The notes below the pieces were generated by a model. It was not told the origin of the DNA, searched no databases, and saw only the letters and a program-made list of their open reading frames with translations. A DNA stretch of 52,184 bases from a virus. Taxonomy: Duplodnaviria > Caudoviricetes. A program made the position numbers and the translations under genes. The stretch is from positions 1-52,184 of IMG/VR virus record IMGVR_UViG_3300030012_002628; one strand, 5' to 3'. Of this stretch, positions 1 through 9,773 are shown one piece after another; positions within the stretch are counted from its first letter, which is position 1, and each line of letters starts with the position of its first letter.

Positions 1-2
1 CA

Positions 3-113
3 CCTTTCTCTTGTTCTAAAGATTCTTTTTATGTTGATTACATGTCAATGCATGCAGCAGCAAAAGATTCTAATATTAAATTTAAAGTTAATCGCAAACG
101 ACTAAGACACTAA
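3..113 (+). CDS. 3' fragment of a CDS truncated by the window start
   Basis: Open frame PFSCSKDSFYVDYMSMHAAAKDSNIKFKVNRKRLRH ends with TAA at 111-113, 1 nt before the ATG at 115. Confidence 0.55.
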   Translation, partial: PFSCSKDSFYVDYMSMHAAAKDSNIKFKVNRKRLRH

Positions 114-114
114 T

Positions 115-3100
115 ATGGCTACTGTAACTTCATCACAACGAAAACTTACGCACACTTCTGGGACTTATCAGAGCAGTGGTAATATTACTGTAGGTGGTCA
201 TATAATTGTATCTGGTAATGTAGACGGCAGAGATGTCGCTTCTGATGGTTCAAAGCTGGATGGCATTGCTGCTAACGCAAACAATTACTCGCTACCACTT
301 GCCTCTTCTTCTACTAGAGGTGGTGTTAAGATTGGGTATTCCGAGAACGGAAAGAACTACCCAGTCGAACTCTCATCTGAGAAGATGTATGTAAACGTCC
401 CTTGGGTTGATACCAATACAACTTACTCAGTAGGAGATGGTGGACTTACTGAAAACAATTTTACCGACGCACTTAAAAATAAATTAGATGGAATTTCCGC
501 TGGTGCAGATGTAACGCCTACTTGGGTTCCGTCTAGTAATCCTAGTTACGCTACTCAATCGTATGTTACGACACAGATAAACAATCTAGTTGATGGTGCT
601 CCAGCAGCTCTAAATACTCTTAACGAGTTGGCAGCAGCAATTGATGATAATTCAAGTTATGCTTCCTCAATAACTTCCGCACTTTCGGGTAAGTTAGGAG
701 TAAGTGCCAAAGCTGCTGATTCAAACCTTCTTGATGGTATTGATAGTTCTGCATTCTTGAGAAGTAATGCAAACGATGATTTCTCAGGAACATTAAACTA
801 CACCCCTGACACTGGAACCATTCTGGCTGTCGATGGGCAAGCTATCCTTCAGAGGATGACTGCTAATGGTGCTATCACGATTGGTCATGACGATGCCGTT
901 ATCATTGCAGGTGGAGACACATCAACAGTATTAAATTCTAATATCAACAATGCAGGCGAAACCGTTTTTGTTGGAGCAGAAGGTGGATTCATTGCTTATG
1001 CATTTCCTAATAACAATACAGCTTGGAGTAATAGGAAAGAATTAAAATGGAATGGAACCGATCTTTCTGTCTTGGGCTACAATGTTTGGCATAGCAATAA
1101 CGATGGATCTGGTTCTGGGTTAGATGCGGATAAACTTGATGGCTTACACGCCTCATCTTTCAATCAAACAATTGGAACAGACACCGATCTTTCTGCCTCT
1201 GGGGCTAGTGTTATTTCTAGCATTAATGTTACTGATGGCGTTATTACATCGATGGGTACTAGGTCACTGACTTTGGCAAACCTTGGTTACACTGGAGAAA
1301 CGAATGCAACCGCAGATCAAACAGCAGGTGAGATTAAGACACTTCTACAGACTGTTGATGGTAGTGGATCTAATATAGATGCCGATTTATTAGATTCCAA
1401 ACATTTAGCAGACATCATACCCAAGCCTTCTCAAAGTGACTTTGCTGATGGAACTCTTGTAACAACATCAATCGATGCCAGCGTCACTAACGGTGAATCT
1501 TTTGTTATTGAGGTATCTGGTAAAAGTTACAGCTCATCGGTTCCTCCGCACATGGCTATTGCCCAAGGGTACATATATAATAACACCATTATAAATTTCT
1601 CTGGTGTTAATATTACTGGGAATACCTTTACAACTATTAAGGCTATGAACAATAACGGTTACCTATCTTTCTGGTGGCCGAGACACGCATATTGGAATGC
1701 CTATAATGTTCATGTTCGAAAGATGAACGGAACATCAACAGGGGGTGATAATGAAGTTACTTCTATTGCTAACTCAACAGAACCATCTGGGGCTACAAAG
1801 AAAGTAACAATTAACTTAGCTAAGACTTGGAACTCTTACAGCGATGGTTCTGGTTCTGGGTTAGATGCAGACAAACTTGATGGTTTACACGCTTCATCCT
1901 TTAACCAAGTAATTGGAACGGACGCTGACCTCAATACTTCTGGTTCTGCTATTATAGATAACATTAATGTTACTGATGGTGTTATTACATCGATGGGTAC
2001 TAGGTCGTTAACTTTGGCAAACCTTGGTTACACTGGAGAAACGAATGCAACCGCAGATCAGTCTGCTAGTGAGATTCTTAATCTTCTCAAGACTGTCGAT
2101 GGGTCTGGGTCTGGATTAGACGCAGACACACTTGATGGAGCGCAACCTAGTGCTTCTGCAAGTAATTCCACTATCGTTAAAAGACACAGTAGTGGTTATA
2201 TTTATGCTAATTATTTTAATACAACAGCAAATGACGTTAGCTCTGGAGTGACGAAAGTCATGGTTGAAACAGGCAACGACGGATTCATAAGACACGGAAG
2301 TGCAGCAGCAATTAGATCATTTATTAATGTTGAGTCTGGTGCGACAGCAGATCAATCAGCTAGTGAGATTCTTACTCTTCTCAAGACTGTAGATGGAGCA
2401 GGATCTGGTTTAGACGCAGACACTCTGGATGGGATTACATCCGCAAGAATTCCTTATGCTCTTACTGGTAGTAATGGAACAACTAACACATATACTGTTG
2501 ATGGTGGAATAGGGGCTAACAACATTACACGTTCGATGTTCTTTAGGGACAACGCACAAACTTTCGGTGCTCTAGGTATGCACATTACACACGCTACTAG
2601 CACCGCCTATGCTTTCCAGTTTGTTAATAATAGTTACTCCACTCCAAGTGCTCTTAAGGCACGGGTCAAAAATAATGGCACTTGGTCGAGTTCCGTAGAT
2701 ATTTGGAATAGTGGGAATGATGGTTCTGGTTCTGGGTTAGATGCAGACAAACTTGATGGTCAGCATGGGTCTCATTACTTAAATTATAATAATTTTAGTA
2801 ATACCCCTACAATTCCTACTAACAATAATCAGCTTTCCAACGGTGCTGGTTATGTAACATCAAGCGGTAATACTGTTATCGGAACAGACTCTGACATCAA
2901 TACGTCTGGTGCTACGGTTATAGACCAGTTGAACATGACAGATGGTGTCATAACTTCACATTCTACAAGGACACTGACTCTTGCAAACCTTGGTTATACT
3001 GGAGCGACTAATGCTAATAATTATGTTTTGCCATCCAGCATATCTTTAAACTCGCTAACTGTTGATAACAACAAGATTGATACTGATGGAACATTTGGAA

Positions 3101-3882
3101 CATCCTATGGTTCCTATGGCATAGGAACAACGAATCTACAAAATGGACACCACAGGATTTTTGCGAAACCTAGTGACCATATGTATTTTGCTGCTGCTAG
3201 TAGTAAAGGTTTTCGGTTTAGACCGAACGGAGGAAGCTCTAGTGGTGGGGTGCAGAGTGCGATCACTAGTGCAGGAAACTTTGCGATAGGTGCTACAAGT
3301 GCTTCGAGTAAGTTAGCTGTTAATGGGGGTGTCGCTGTCGGAGGCAGTTACACTGGAGTTTCCGCTCCCTCTAATGGAATGGTTATTCAGGGTAATGTGG
3401 GTATAGGAACTAGTTCTGTATCGGGTTACTACGCCTTACAAGTTAATGGCAGCATTCAAGGTTCTTATAAGAGTTTTGTAATTGATCACCCCACCAAAGA
3501 GAAAAAGCAGCTTGTTCATGCCTCTCTTGAGGGGCCAGAGATTGGCGTATACTTCCGAGGTAAGAACACTACCGACACTATAACTATGCCTGATTATTGG
3601 GACGGTTTAGTAGACCTTGATTCTATGACAGTAGAGCTTACAGCTATTGGAGGCAATCAATCTCTATTTGTTGCATCTATGGAATCCAACGGAGATGTTG
3701 TTGTCGGATCAAATACCGATGAACCTTTGAATTATTACTACGTTATTTACGGAGAAAGAAAAGATATTGATAAGCTTGCAATAGAGGTTGACATTGAAGA
3801 AAATGAGGTTGAAGTAATTGAAACCCCCGAACCTGAAGTCGGGTCAGTTGATTACATAGACGCTGAATTATCTAATGCTTGA
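115..3882 (+). CDS. Long tail fibre protein with repeated modules
   Basis: 1255 aa and G/S/T/N-rich. Has repeated DGSGSGLDAD(K/T/L)LDG and VTDGVITS..LTLANLGYTG motifs, the fibre motif GAPAALNTLNELAAAI, and a C-terminal KSFVIDHP...LEGPE domain common at fibre ends. Confidence 0.9.
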   Translation: MATVTSSQRKLTHTSGTYQSSGNITVGGHIIVSGNVDGRDVASDGSKLDGIAANANNYSLPLASSSTRGGVKIGYSENGKNYPVELSSEKMYVNVPWVDTNTTYSVGDGGLTENNFTDALKNKLDGISAGADVTPTWVPSSNPSYATQSYVTTQINNLVDGAPAALNTLNELAAAIDDNSSYASSITSALSGKLGVSAKAADSNLLDGIDSSAFLRSNANDDFSGTLNYTPDTGTILAVDGQAILQRMTANGAITIGHDDAVIIAGGDTSTVLNSNINNAGETVFVGAEGGFIAYAFPNNNTAWSNRKELKWNGTDLSVLGYNVWHSNNDGSGSGLDADKLDGLHASSFNQTIGTDTDLSASGASVISSINVTDGVITSMGTRSLTLANLGYTGETNATADQTAGEIKTLLQTVDGSGSNIDADLLDSKHLADIIPKPSQSDFADGTLVTTSIDASVTNGESFVIEVSGKSYSSSVPPHMAIAQGYIYNNTIINFSGVNITGNTFTTIKAMNNNGYLSFWWPRHAYWNAYNVHVRKMNGTSTGGDNEVTSIANSTEPSGATKKVTINLAKTWNSYSDGSGSGLDADKLDGLHASSFNQVIGTDADLNTSGSAIIDNINVTDGVITSMGTRSLTLANLGYTGETNATADQSASEILNLLKTVDGSGSGLDADTLDGAQPSASASNSTIVKRHSSGYIYANYFNTTANDVSSGVTKVMVETGNDGFIRHGSAAAIRSFINVESGATADQSASEILTLLKTVDGAGSGLDADTLDGITSARIPYALTGSNGTTNTYTVDGGIGANNITRSMFFRDNAQTFGALGMHITHATSTAYAFQFVNNSYSTPSALKARVKNNGTWSSSVDIWNSGNDGSGSGLDADKLDGQHGSHYLNYNNFSNTPTIPTNNNQLSNGAGYVTSSGNTVIGTDSDINTSGATVIDQLNMTDGVITSHSTRTLTLANLGYTGATNANNYVLPSSISLNSLTVDNNKIDTDGTFGTSYGSYGIGTTNLQNGHHRIFAKPSDHMYFAAASSKGFRFRPNGGSSSGGVQSAITSAGNFAIGATSASSKLAVNGGVAVGGSYTGVSAPSNGMVIQGNVGIGTSSVSGYYALQVNGSIQGSYKSFVIDHPTKEKKQLVHASLEGPEIGVYFRGKNTTDTITMPDYWDGLVDLDSMTVELTAIGGNQSLFVASMESNGDVVVGSNTDEPLNYYYVIYGERKDIDKLAIEVDIEENEVEVIETPEPEVGSVDYIDAELSNA
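1101..1319 (+). repeat. Internal direct repeat, copy 1 (about 220 bp), in the tail fibre gene
   Basis: Largely identical at DNA level to 1842-2060 (offset 741 nt), e.g. cattaatgttactgatgg..ttattacatcgatgggtactaggtc..actttggcaaaccttggttacactggagaaacgaatgcaaccgcagatca. Confidence 0.9.
1842..2060 (+). repeat. Internal direct repeat, copy 2, in the tail fibre gene
   Basis: Matches copy 1. Further partial copies lie near 2345-2432, 2718-2760 and 2870-3003. Confidence 0.9.
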
Positions 3883-4567
3883 TACAATATTCTTAATACC
3901 CATAGACCACAGAGGAATACAAGGACAGTTATTTAAACAATATCTCGATCTCCACTCTTGGTGCAAAGAAAACAACTCTGATATCTTTTCGTGTGGTGGA
4001 ATGTTTCTTAATTTTGCGAGAAACTTCTTAGCTACTGGGGGTAAGGGAAATACTGATCCTAGGCCAATAGAGGCAGAGTGGTTGTTTTGGATTGATTCAG
4101 ATATTCAGTTCACTATAGATCAGATAAAACATCTCCATAGTATTAATCCCAAACACAAGTTTGTTACAGGTTGGTACAAATCTGATCTTTCTGATCAGAG
4201 CATGGTGGGTAAATGGAATATAGATTATTATAGGAAACGTAATCATATGCCTTTTTTGTCCGCTAACTTCTTGAACGAGAAAGCAGAGTCATCTCCCACT
4301 AAATTAATCGAGGTAGATTGGTGCGGGTTTGGGTTTACGAAAGTACATAGATCTATATATGAGCAGATGGATTATCCTTATTACCCCCTCAATTCTGTTA
4401 GGATAGAAGGTTGTAATGACCCCAAAAACAAAGGAGAAAAGATAGACATCGAAGACTTATCTTATGAAGATGTAAGCTTCTGTAACAACTGTTACGCCCA
4501 AACAGGAATCAAACCCTTAGTTGTGCCTAAATTAAAGGTTGGTCACCTGAAACCTTTTTTGTTTTAA
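3875..4567 (+). CDS. GT-A fold glycosyltransferase-like protein
   Basis: ARN motif, WLFWIDSD (DxD), VDWCGFGF, EDVSFC and C-terminal VGH. Confidence 0.75.
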   Translation: MLDTIFLIPIDHRGIQGQLFKQYLDLHSWCKENNSDIFSCGGMFLNFARNFLATGGKGNTDPRPIEAEWLFWIDSDIQFTIDQIKHLHSINPKHKFVTGWYKSDLSDQSMVGKWNIDYYRKRNHMPFLSANFLNEKAESSPTKLIEVDWCGFGFTKVHRSIYEQMDYPYYPLNSVRIEGCNDPKNKGEKIDIEDLSYEDVSFCNNCYAQTGIKPLVVPKLKVGHLKPFLF

Positions 4568-4572
4568 AAACC

Positions 4573-4601
4573 TTGAAAAACAATCGCGCCTCCTTTACTT
4601 T
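4573..4601 (+). promoter_or_regulatory. sigma70-like promoter with little or no leader
   Basis: TTGAAA-N17-TACTTT, 8 nt before ATG 4610. Confidence 0.6.
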
Positions 4602-4609
4602 GAAAGCAT

Positions 4610-4813
4610 ATGAAACAAATTGAATTCACCGATCCAGAAAGAGCAGCTATGATTCAACTTTTAGATCTCGCTGTAAGAAACGGAGGATTGAAAGTCTCTG
4701 GTGCTGCAAATTATTTAGCAGCTAAATTTGAAGATCCTGCGCCACAAGAAGAAGCACAACAGGCAGATTCAGACGAGGAACCGAAAATAGAAGTTGAAGA
4801 AGTAGAGCAGTAA
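4610..4813 (+). CDS. Small hypothetical protein, possibly a tail-fibre assembly factor
   Basis: 67 aa with LDLAVRNGGL core and acidic tail; TAATG-coupled to the next gene. Confidence 0.65.
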   Translation: MKQIEFTDPERAAMIQLLDLAVRNGGLKVSGAANYLAAKFEDPAPQEEAQQADSDEEPKIEVEEVEQ

Positions 4814-6105
4814 TGGCTGTACAGAGGAATCAACCCAGCCCTCAAAGGCAAACAGTCTTAACATTCGTATCCCCGAATGTACAGGACTTATTGTTTTTTG
4901 AAACAGTAGATGCCCAGAGGGTTGGGAAGAAGCCCCCTGCATACGGAACCGCGCATCCTGACACTGTAAATTTTCCCGATCATACCCTAGCGTATGTGAA
5001 GCAAGCTGATCCTAATGGTCAGTTTTATTATTACTATTACGCTAATACGAGAACTTCTCAGGACGATTACAATTTTGAATATTCTCAATCAAGTCTGGGG
5101 CAGACAAAGTTTAATACTGTTGTTCGTACTTATATTAGTCTGAGGTCTTCTTTTAAAGAAGACGACAGCACGTTGACCGCTGGATCGGCTATGCCCACCG
5201 CACCAGCAGCAGCTAATTTTGAAGGCAAAGGTTACGTTTTGATGGGGCGACAGCAGAAGAGGATTGGTGACCGAGAACTTGATGGTATCTTTGTAGTCGA
5301 GCAAAGAACTTATTTTGTTCGAGAAGATATCGAAACTCTCAAATGGGATGATCTTTCTCACAGGAACCTAAAGAGTACAATTAGTTATTACTTTACTGGA
5401 GAAACTCCTTCAGGGGCTGGAGCCACGATTGATGAACTTGTTGTAGATTCTGATAACGCTTGGTGGCAGACCACGTTGACTGTAGATGATTCTGCTCCCG
5501 ATCCCGATATAAAAGTAGCTTGTTATCGTGAAGGAAGACAGATTTCTTCTGATTGGTTTGAGGTAGTTAAGAAAGAAACGATAGCAGGGGAAGGTAATGG
5601 GAACATACTTAATGTGGATGAATACTTCACCACAATGGATCATACATTCCCCCCTGTTTTAGAAAGCATAAATGTTGTTGGATTTGAGAGGCATGATGGT
5701 CAGGTGTTAGCTTTTCCTGAATATCACATGAACCCTGAAGGTTACCGTGGGCCTTGTAAAACCAAAGTAACTGTACAATTTTCCCCTAACAAATTCACTG
5801 GTAGTAATGGAGGTGTGCCAGAAGCTAAAGCAATGATCCCCCAGTCATTTACTTTTGGCACACCTTATGTTCGTATATCTGTTCCTCCTTGTCTTATGGC
5901 TGGAGGAATTGTTCGTTGTTCGACAGGAACTGTAGATCCTGTTTACAAATATACTATCTATGAGAAAAAATTGCCCGAAACGAGACCCCCTAATCTAGTT
6001 GAAATAGCTGAAAAGGGTATCGTTGTTCGGGACAAACAAGAACCTGCTAGGGGTGGTTTTGTGCGGACTACTTGGACAGTTTTCCCACCTAAGTTTGATG
6101 ACTAA
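4813..6105 (+). CDS. Putative tail structural protein
   Basis: 430 aa, beta-rich, lies in the tail operon, stop/start overlaps on both sides. Confidence 0.55.
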   Translation: MAVQRNQPSPQRQTVLTFVSPNVQDLLFFETVDAQRVGKKPPAYGTAHPDTVNFPDHTLAYVKQADPNGQFYYYYYANTRTSQDDYNFEYSQSSLGQTKFNTVVRTYISLRSSFKEDDSTLTAGSAMPTAPAAANFEGKGYVLMGRQQKRIGDRELDGIFVVEQRTYFVREDIETLKWDDLSHRNLKSTISYYFTGETPSGAGATIDELVVDSDNAWWQTTLTVDDSAPDPDIKVACYREGRQISSDWFEVVKKETIAGEGNGNILNVDEYFTTMDHTFPPVLESINVVGFERHDGQVLAFPEYHMNPEGYRGPCKTKVTVQFSPNKFTGSNGGVPEAKAMIPQSFTFGTPYVRISVPPCLMAGGIVRCSTGTVDPVYKYTIYEKKLPETRPPNLVEIAEKGIVVRDKQEPARGGFVRTTWTVFPPKFDD

Positions 6106-8087
6106 TGGCTAAAGAAGGTTTCTTCCAAAAGATTAAGAGTCTCCTTACCCAAGGGTCAGAAGAGGCTATCGATGAATTTGCGGAGGCAGAAGTAGCCGAC
6201 ACTTCTATTCAAGATCCTGAAGTATCGGATCTTCCTTCTTTTGAATATAAGCCAATGGTAGAGGGTTTAGCTGAAGCTACGGCTGAGTTTTTTGATCGGA
6301 GTGTAGATGTTGGGAGAGAAGTAAATCATGTTGATATTAGGTATCGTCAAGAGCATGAACCATATAGGTATGAGCCAGATGGAGATAAAACTCTTTGTAT
6401 AACTAAAGCTCATCTTTGTGAGATACACCCGCAAGCTGGCCTTGCTGGGTTGGCTGCGGGTGCTCCAGATTCATCAGTAAGAATTTTTGACTTAACGCCT
6501 TTAAAGATAAAGGTGTTGCCAGATACAACAGTTATTTACACTACGTTTCATACGAACTCTCACGGTGCTATAATACCAGATCCAGAACATCCTGAGATTG
6601 ATAACCCAAATTATGATGCGGATAATCCCGACCCTGCTGAACCTGCGAAGATTCCTGATCCCGATTATGGAATCTATAGGCTAGACCAAGGAGAAGCACT
6701 ACCTAGCTCAACGCATTTTATTTTGCCGTCTGAGGCAAAAACTGATGGGGTTAATGGTCAGTATTTTATACCGATAGTTTACATAAAAAATGGGAAGTTA
6801 GAGCGGAATTTTTGGAACGACGAAGAAACACCACCAAGACAAACTCAGCTATATGGAGGGTTGGACGGACACAGGGGGCCTTATTGGTGGCATAGAGGTT
6901 ACAATGCAATAAACAATTTAGGTGTAGGTAAAAACATATACAAAAATTACAACGCAACTTTTGACATAAAAAATTTCAGAAGTTTAGACGAAAGACCTTC
7001 TGTGGCACTTGGACAGTCTGATGAGGATGGTAATCCTATTACTACGGATAGAGAAGACGCAGAAGGCAATAATCTTGTAAACCCTCCCTTTTCTGGGGAA
7101 GCACAGGTTAAAGTACAGTATGCCGAGGGCGGTGATGAAATCCACATACAGGGAAACGATTACAATAAGCATTGGAAGATCGGAGGCCAAGGAGTAGGCA
7201 TCGTAGAGGATGGACTTGTTACCTGTTTATCGGATCTTAATTGCAAGGATTTTGCTACAAGCGATTTAAACACAACAACTGTTATATCCTCGGCCTCCTC
7301 ATATACTTCTGTTTTAAGTGGTAGCTCCACTGTCTCGGTTCCTAGAAACCCCGACATTAATAATGTGACAGCAGTTCTTACTAGTGCTGGGGTGGTCACG
7401 GTAGCCTTAGAACCCGAAGAATCTAACCTTGTTTCGGTTGTCTCTGCTTCGGCAGTAACAACTGCAGCAGCTCCTGTTACATCAGGAAACATGACTAGTG
7501 TAGCTCAAGGGCCTTCTAATTCAGATTTCGCTAATGATGTTTGGAGTGGGGGAACTGCTTCTGCGGGGGGTGGATTAACTGCTGTCAAAGTTGCTGGTTG
7601 TGGAAGCACGGGAGGCAGTGGAGATACTTGTTATTGGGTGTTAGGATATGAGGCGACAGGGCAGTATTCGTCTTCACCTCCTACATTCCCTTCTTTTATA
7701 ACAGGAGCGAATCAATCCACGCCTGTCATAAAATCGTTGTCAACAACTGATGTTGTCGAAACAACTACAGATTTGAGTGTAATTCAATCTTCTGGTTCTT
7801 CGGTATCTGTTATTGCTAGTTTGAGCACATCTGAGGTAGCTACGGCAGGAAATACTGTAAATGTGCTTATGTCCAATCTGACCCCAGTAGATGTTTTGAC
7901 GAGCACAGACACGGTAGCAGTGCTTTCAGCAGCAACAACTGTAGATGTCTTTGCCCCTACAGGGACGGCTCACACTACTGTTATTAGAGAAGCTACGAGC
8001 ACAGAATTAGAATCAGAGAATTTTTCTTCAATAAAAGTAGTTGAATGTCCTACAACTGCTTCTTGTCCTGCTCCTTCTTCGGAATAG
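6105..8087 (+). CDS. Putative virion appendage protein with Ser/Thr/Val-rich C-terminal half
   Basis: 660 aa; acidic Pro-rich N-terminal half, then quasi-periodic S/T/V strands. Confidence 0.55.
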   Translation: MAKEGFFQKIKSLLTQGSEEAIDEFAEAEVADTSIQDPEVSDLPSFEYKPMVEGLAEATAEFFDRSVDVGREVNHVDIRYRQEHEPYRYEPDGDKTLCITKAHLCEIHPQAGLAGLAAGAPDSSVRIFDLTPLKIKVLPDTTVIYTTFHTNSHGAIIPDPEHPEIDNPNYDADNPDPAEPAKIPDPDYGIYRLDQGEALPSSTHFILPSEAKTDGVNGQYFIPIVYIKNGKLERNFWNDEETPPRQTQLYGGLDGHRGPYWWHRGYNAINNLGVGKNIYKNYNATFDIKNFRSLDERPSVALGQSDEDGNPITTDREDAEGNNLVNPPFSGEAQVKVQYAEGGDEIHIQGNDYNKHWKIGGQGVGIVEDGLVTCLSDLNCKDFATSDLNTTTVISSASSYTSVLSGSSTVSVPRNPDINNVTAVLTSAGVVTVALEPEESNLVSVVSASAVTTAAAPVTSGNMTSVAQGPSNSDFANDVWSGGTASAGGGLTAVKVAGCGSTGGSGDTCYWVLGYEATGQYSSSPPTFPSFITGANQSTPVIKSLSTTDVVETTTDLSVIQSSGSSVSVIASLSTSEVATAGNTVNVLMSNLTPVDVLTSTDTVAVLSAATTVDVFAPTGTAHTTVIREATSTELESENFSSIKVVECPTTASCPAPSSE

Positions 8088-8095
8088 ACCCCACC

Positions 8096-8124
8096 TTGAC
8101 TATTCAGGGTTTTTCCGTTAAGTT
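8096..8124 (+). promoter_or_regulatory. sigma70-like leaderless promoter
   Basis: TTGACT-N17-TAAGTT, 6 nt before ATG 8131. Confidence 0.7.
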
Positions 8125-8130
8125 TATGCT

Positions 8131-9087
8131 ATGGCTACTCTTACCGTAGCGGGAGTCGAAGAGGCCCTGTCTAAATTTAAATCAGTAGGTTCCTCCTTCA
8201 CGCAGGAACTAAACTTGGTATTACCCCGTCTATATGCAATGGGTATGTGGAGAGATCTTCTGTATGAGACCACAATCTCCACGACAGATGGTAATTTTAC
8301 ACTACCTGATGATGCTGAGGCGATTGTGTCAGCTTTGATAGATAACGATCCAGCAAAAGCTCAGAGTCAATTTCATGATTACAGGATAACAGGGAGGAAT
8401 AGAGACGGGACTACTTTGGCAGGATTTGGTATAATTGATGATGGTCTTGTCCCCACAGTTAATGAACTAGAGGAGGGGAAGGATTATGTTATCCTTGTAG
8501 AGCCTATAAAACCTGAAACAAGTATCGCGAGGACTAGCAATAACTTCATAACAGTCACTGGGTTAGATAGCAGCACAACCCCTGAACCCAAAAAGTTTAC
8601 CCCCGCTTTCGACACCGCAGGTACTGGAATTTCTTCTTCATTTACTTTTACTAAAGTTACTGAGATCAGGAATGGAGACTCAACATTAAGTCATCCCGTA
8701 AAAATAGTGGCTATGAATGCCTTAGATAATACGGAAAAACTTGAACTTGGCACGGTTCAGGAAGCAAACAAAGTTAACTCTTATAGGAGATACAGGATTG
8801 CTAACAGGGATAGTATTAAAAAGACTATGCGTGTCTTAGTTAAAAGGAAGTTTAAGCAACTTATAAACCCATATGATGTCGTAAGACCGAGCAATCTTAA
8901 CGCTATTAAGCACGGTCTATTGGGTAACGTAGCCGAAGAGAATGCAGATTTAGAGAGGGCAAACTACCACTGGAATGTTTGCCGACAACTTCTCGATGAA
9001 GAGTTAGATGCTTATCGTGGAGAAGCCAAACCAATTTTGAAGTTCGATCCATCTGGATCGGGAAGCCGAGTAATTAATTTAACCTAA
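8131..9087 (+). CDS. Putative head-tail adaptor / tail tubular protein A-like
   Basis: 318 aa. Helical N-terminus, then W..L..TTISTTDGNFTLPDD, and a C-terminal helical hairpin (AIKHGLLG..ANYHW), resembling podovirus adaptors. Confidence 0.5.
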   Translation: MATLTVAGVEEALSKFKSVGSSFTQELNLVLPRLYAMGMWRDLLYETTISTTDGNFTLPDDAEAIVSALIDNDPAKAQSQFHDYRITGRNRDGTTLAGFGIIDDGLVPTVNELEEGKDYVILVEPIKPETSIARTSNNFITVTGLDSSTTPEPKKFTPAFDTAGTGISSSFTFTKVTEIRNGDSTLSHPVKIVAMNALDNTEKLELGTVQEANKVNSYRRYRIANRDSIKKTMRVLVKRKFKQLINPYDVVRPSNLNAIKHGLLGNVAEENADLERANYHWNVCRQLLDEELDAYRGEAKPILKFDPSGSGSRVINLT

Positions 9088-9093
9088 TTTAAT

Positions 9094-9282
9094 ATGACTG
9101 AATTTATACAGTACCTTAGTGACAACAGAGACAGCATAATCGCAACACTGACAGCTATTGTTGCAGCAGCGTCTGCTCTTTGTGCTTTAACGCCAACTCC
9201 TAAAGATGACACCATTGTTCGCAAAATTTACAAGGTAGTCGAATGGTTGGCACTAAACGTAGGAAAAGCCAAAGATAAATAA
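9094..9282 (+). CDS. Holin-like small membrane protein
   Basis: 62 aa; hydrophobic helix then ALTPTPKDD..LALNVGKAK; first gene of the lysis cassette. Confidence 0.6.
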   Translation: MTEFIQYLSDNRDSIIATLTAIVAAASALCALTPTPKDDTIVRKIYKVVEWLALNVGKAKDK

Positions 9283-9497
9283 TGCGCTTCATGCGTTTAC
9301 TAACCACTGCACTAGAAGCTTTTGTAGCTTATATAAACCTAAAGAATAGACGTTATATAGATGAGATCGAAGATGAAATTGATGAGCTTGCCCGTGATGG
9401 CTCTCCTTCTGCAAAGCTGCGGATTGAAAGACTGGGCAAGAGACTCAGTCGTGAACGACAGCGCACTTTACGATCCACCGACAATAACGCTGATTGA
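9282..9497 (+). CDS. Putative i-spanin (Rz-like)
   Basis: N-terminal moderately hydrophobic segment, then charged helices; overlaps a lipoprotein gene in the +1 frame. Confidence 0.5.
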   Translation: MRFMRLLTTALEAFVAYINLKNRRYIDEIEDEIDELARDGSPSAKLRIERLGKRLSRERQRTLRSTDNNAD

Positions 9498-9603
9498 AGG
9501 CCAACAATATAATTTTGTTGAGGGTGTTTTGACTGGGAGGAAGAAACACAAATTCCATAGCGACTATTCATATTTAAGAGCAATTACTATTGGAAATAAA
9601 TGA
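9361..9603 (+). CDS. Putative o-spanin lipoprotein (Rz1-like)
   Basis: Signal peptide ends in lipobox LLQSC; starts inside the upstream gene; exact start Met uncertain. Confidence 0.55.
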   Translation: MRSKMKLMSLPVMALLLQSCGLKDWARDSVVNDSALYDPPTITLIEGQQYNFVEGVLTGRKKHKFHSDYSYLRAITIGNK

Positions 9604-9773
9604 ACTCCTCCAAATTGATAGACACCCTTTTAGGGACTATAACCCCCACGATAGCTATAGCTGCTTCAATGCAAGAGCAAATAGAATACTGGCTCCGTGT
9701 AATTTCACTAATACTAGGTATATGTGTCGCAGCCGTATCTCTATACAGATTAATTTTTAAATATAAAAAATGA
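9600..9773 (+). CDS. Holin candidate, 57 aa (not in the ORF track)
   Basis: MNSSKLIDTLLGTITPTIAIAASMQEQIEYWLRVISLILGICVAAVSLYRLIFKYKK; transmembrane helix and basic tail; ATGA overlaps at both ends. Confidence 0.7.
   Translation: MNSSKLIDTLLGTITPTIAIAASMQEQIEYWLRVISLILGICVAAVSLYRLIFKYKK

Noticed and set aside
1101-2060. Diversity-generating retroelement TR/VR pair
   Set aside because: No reverse transcriptase; both repeats are in-frame coding and differences are not adenine-specific
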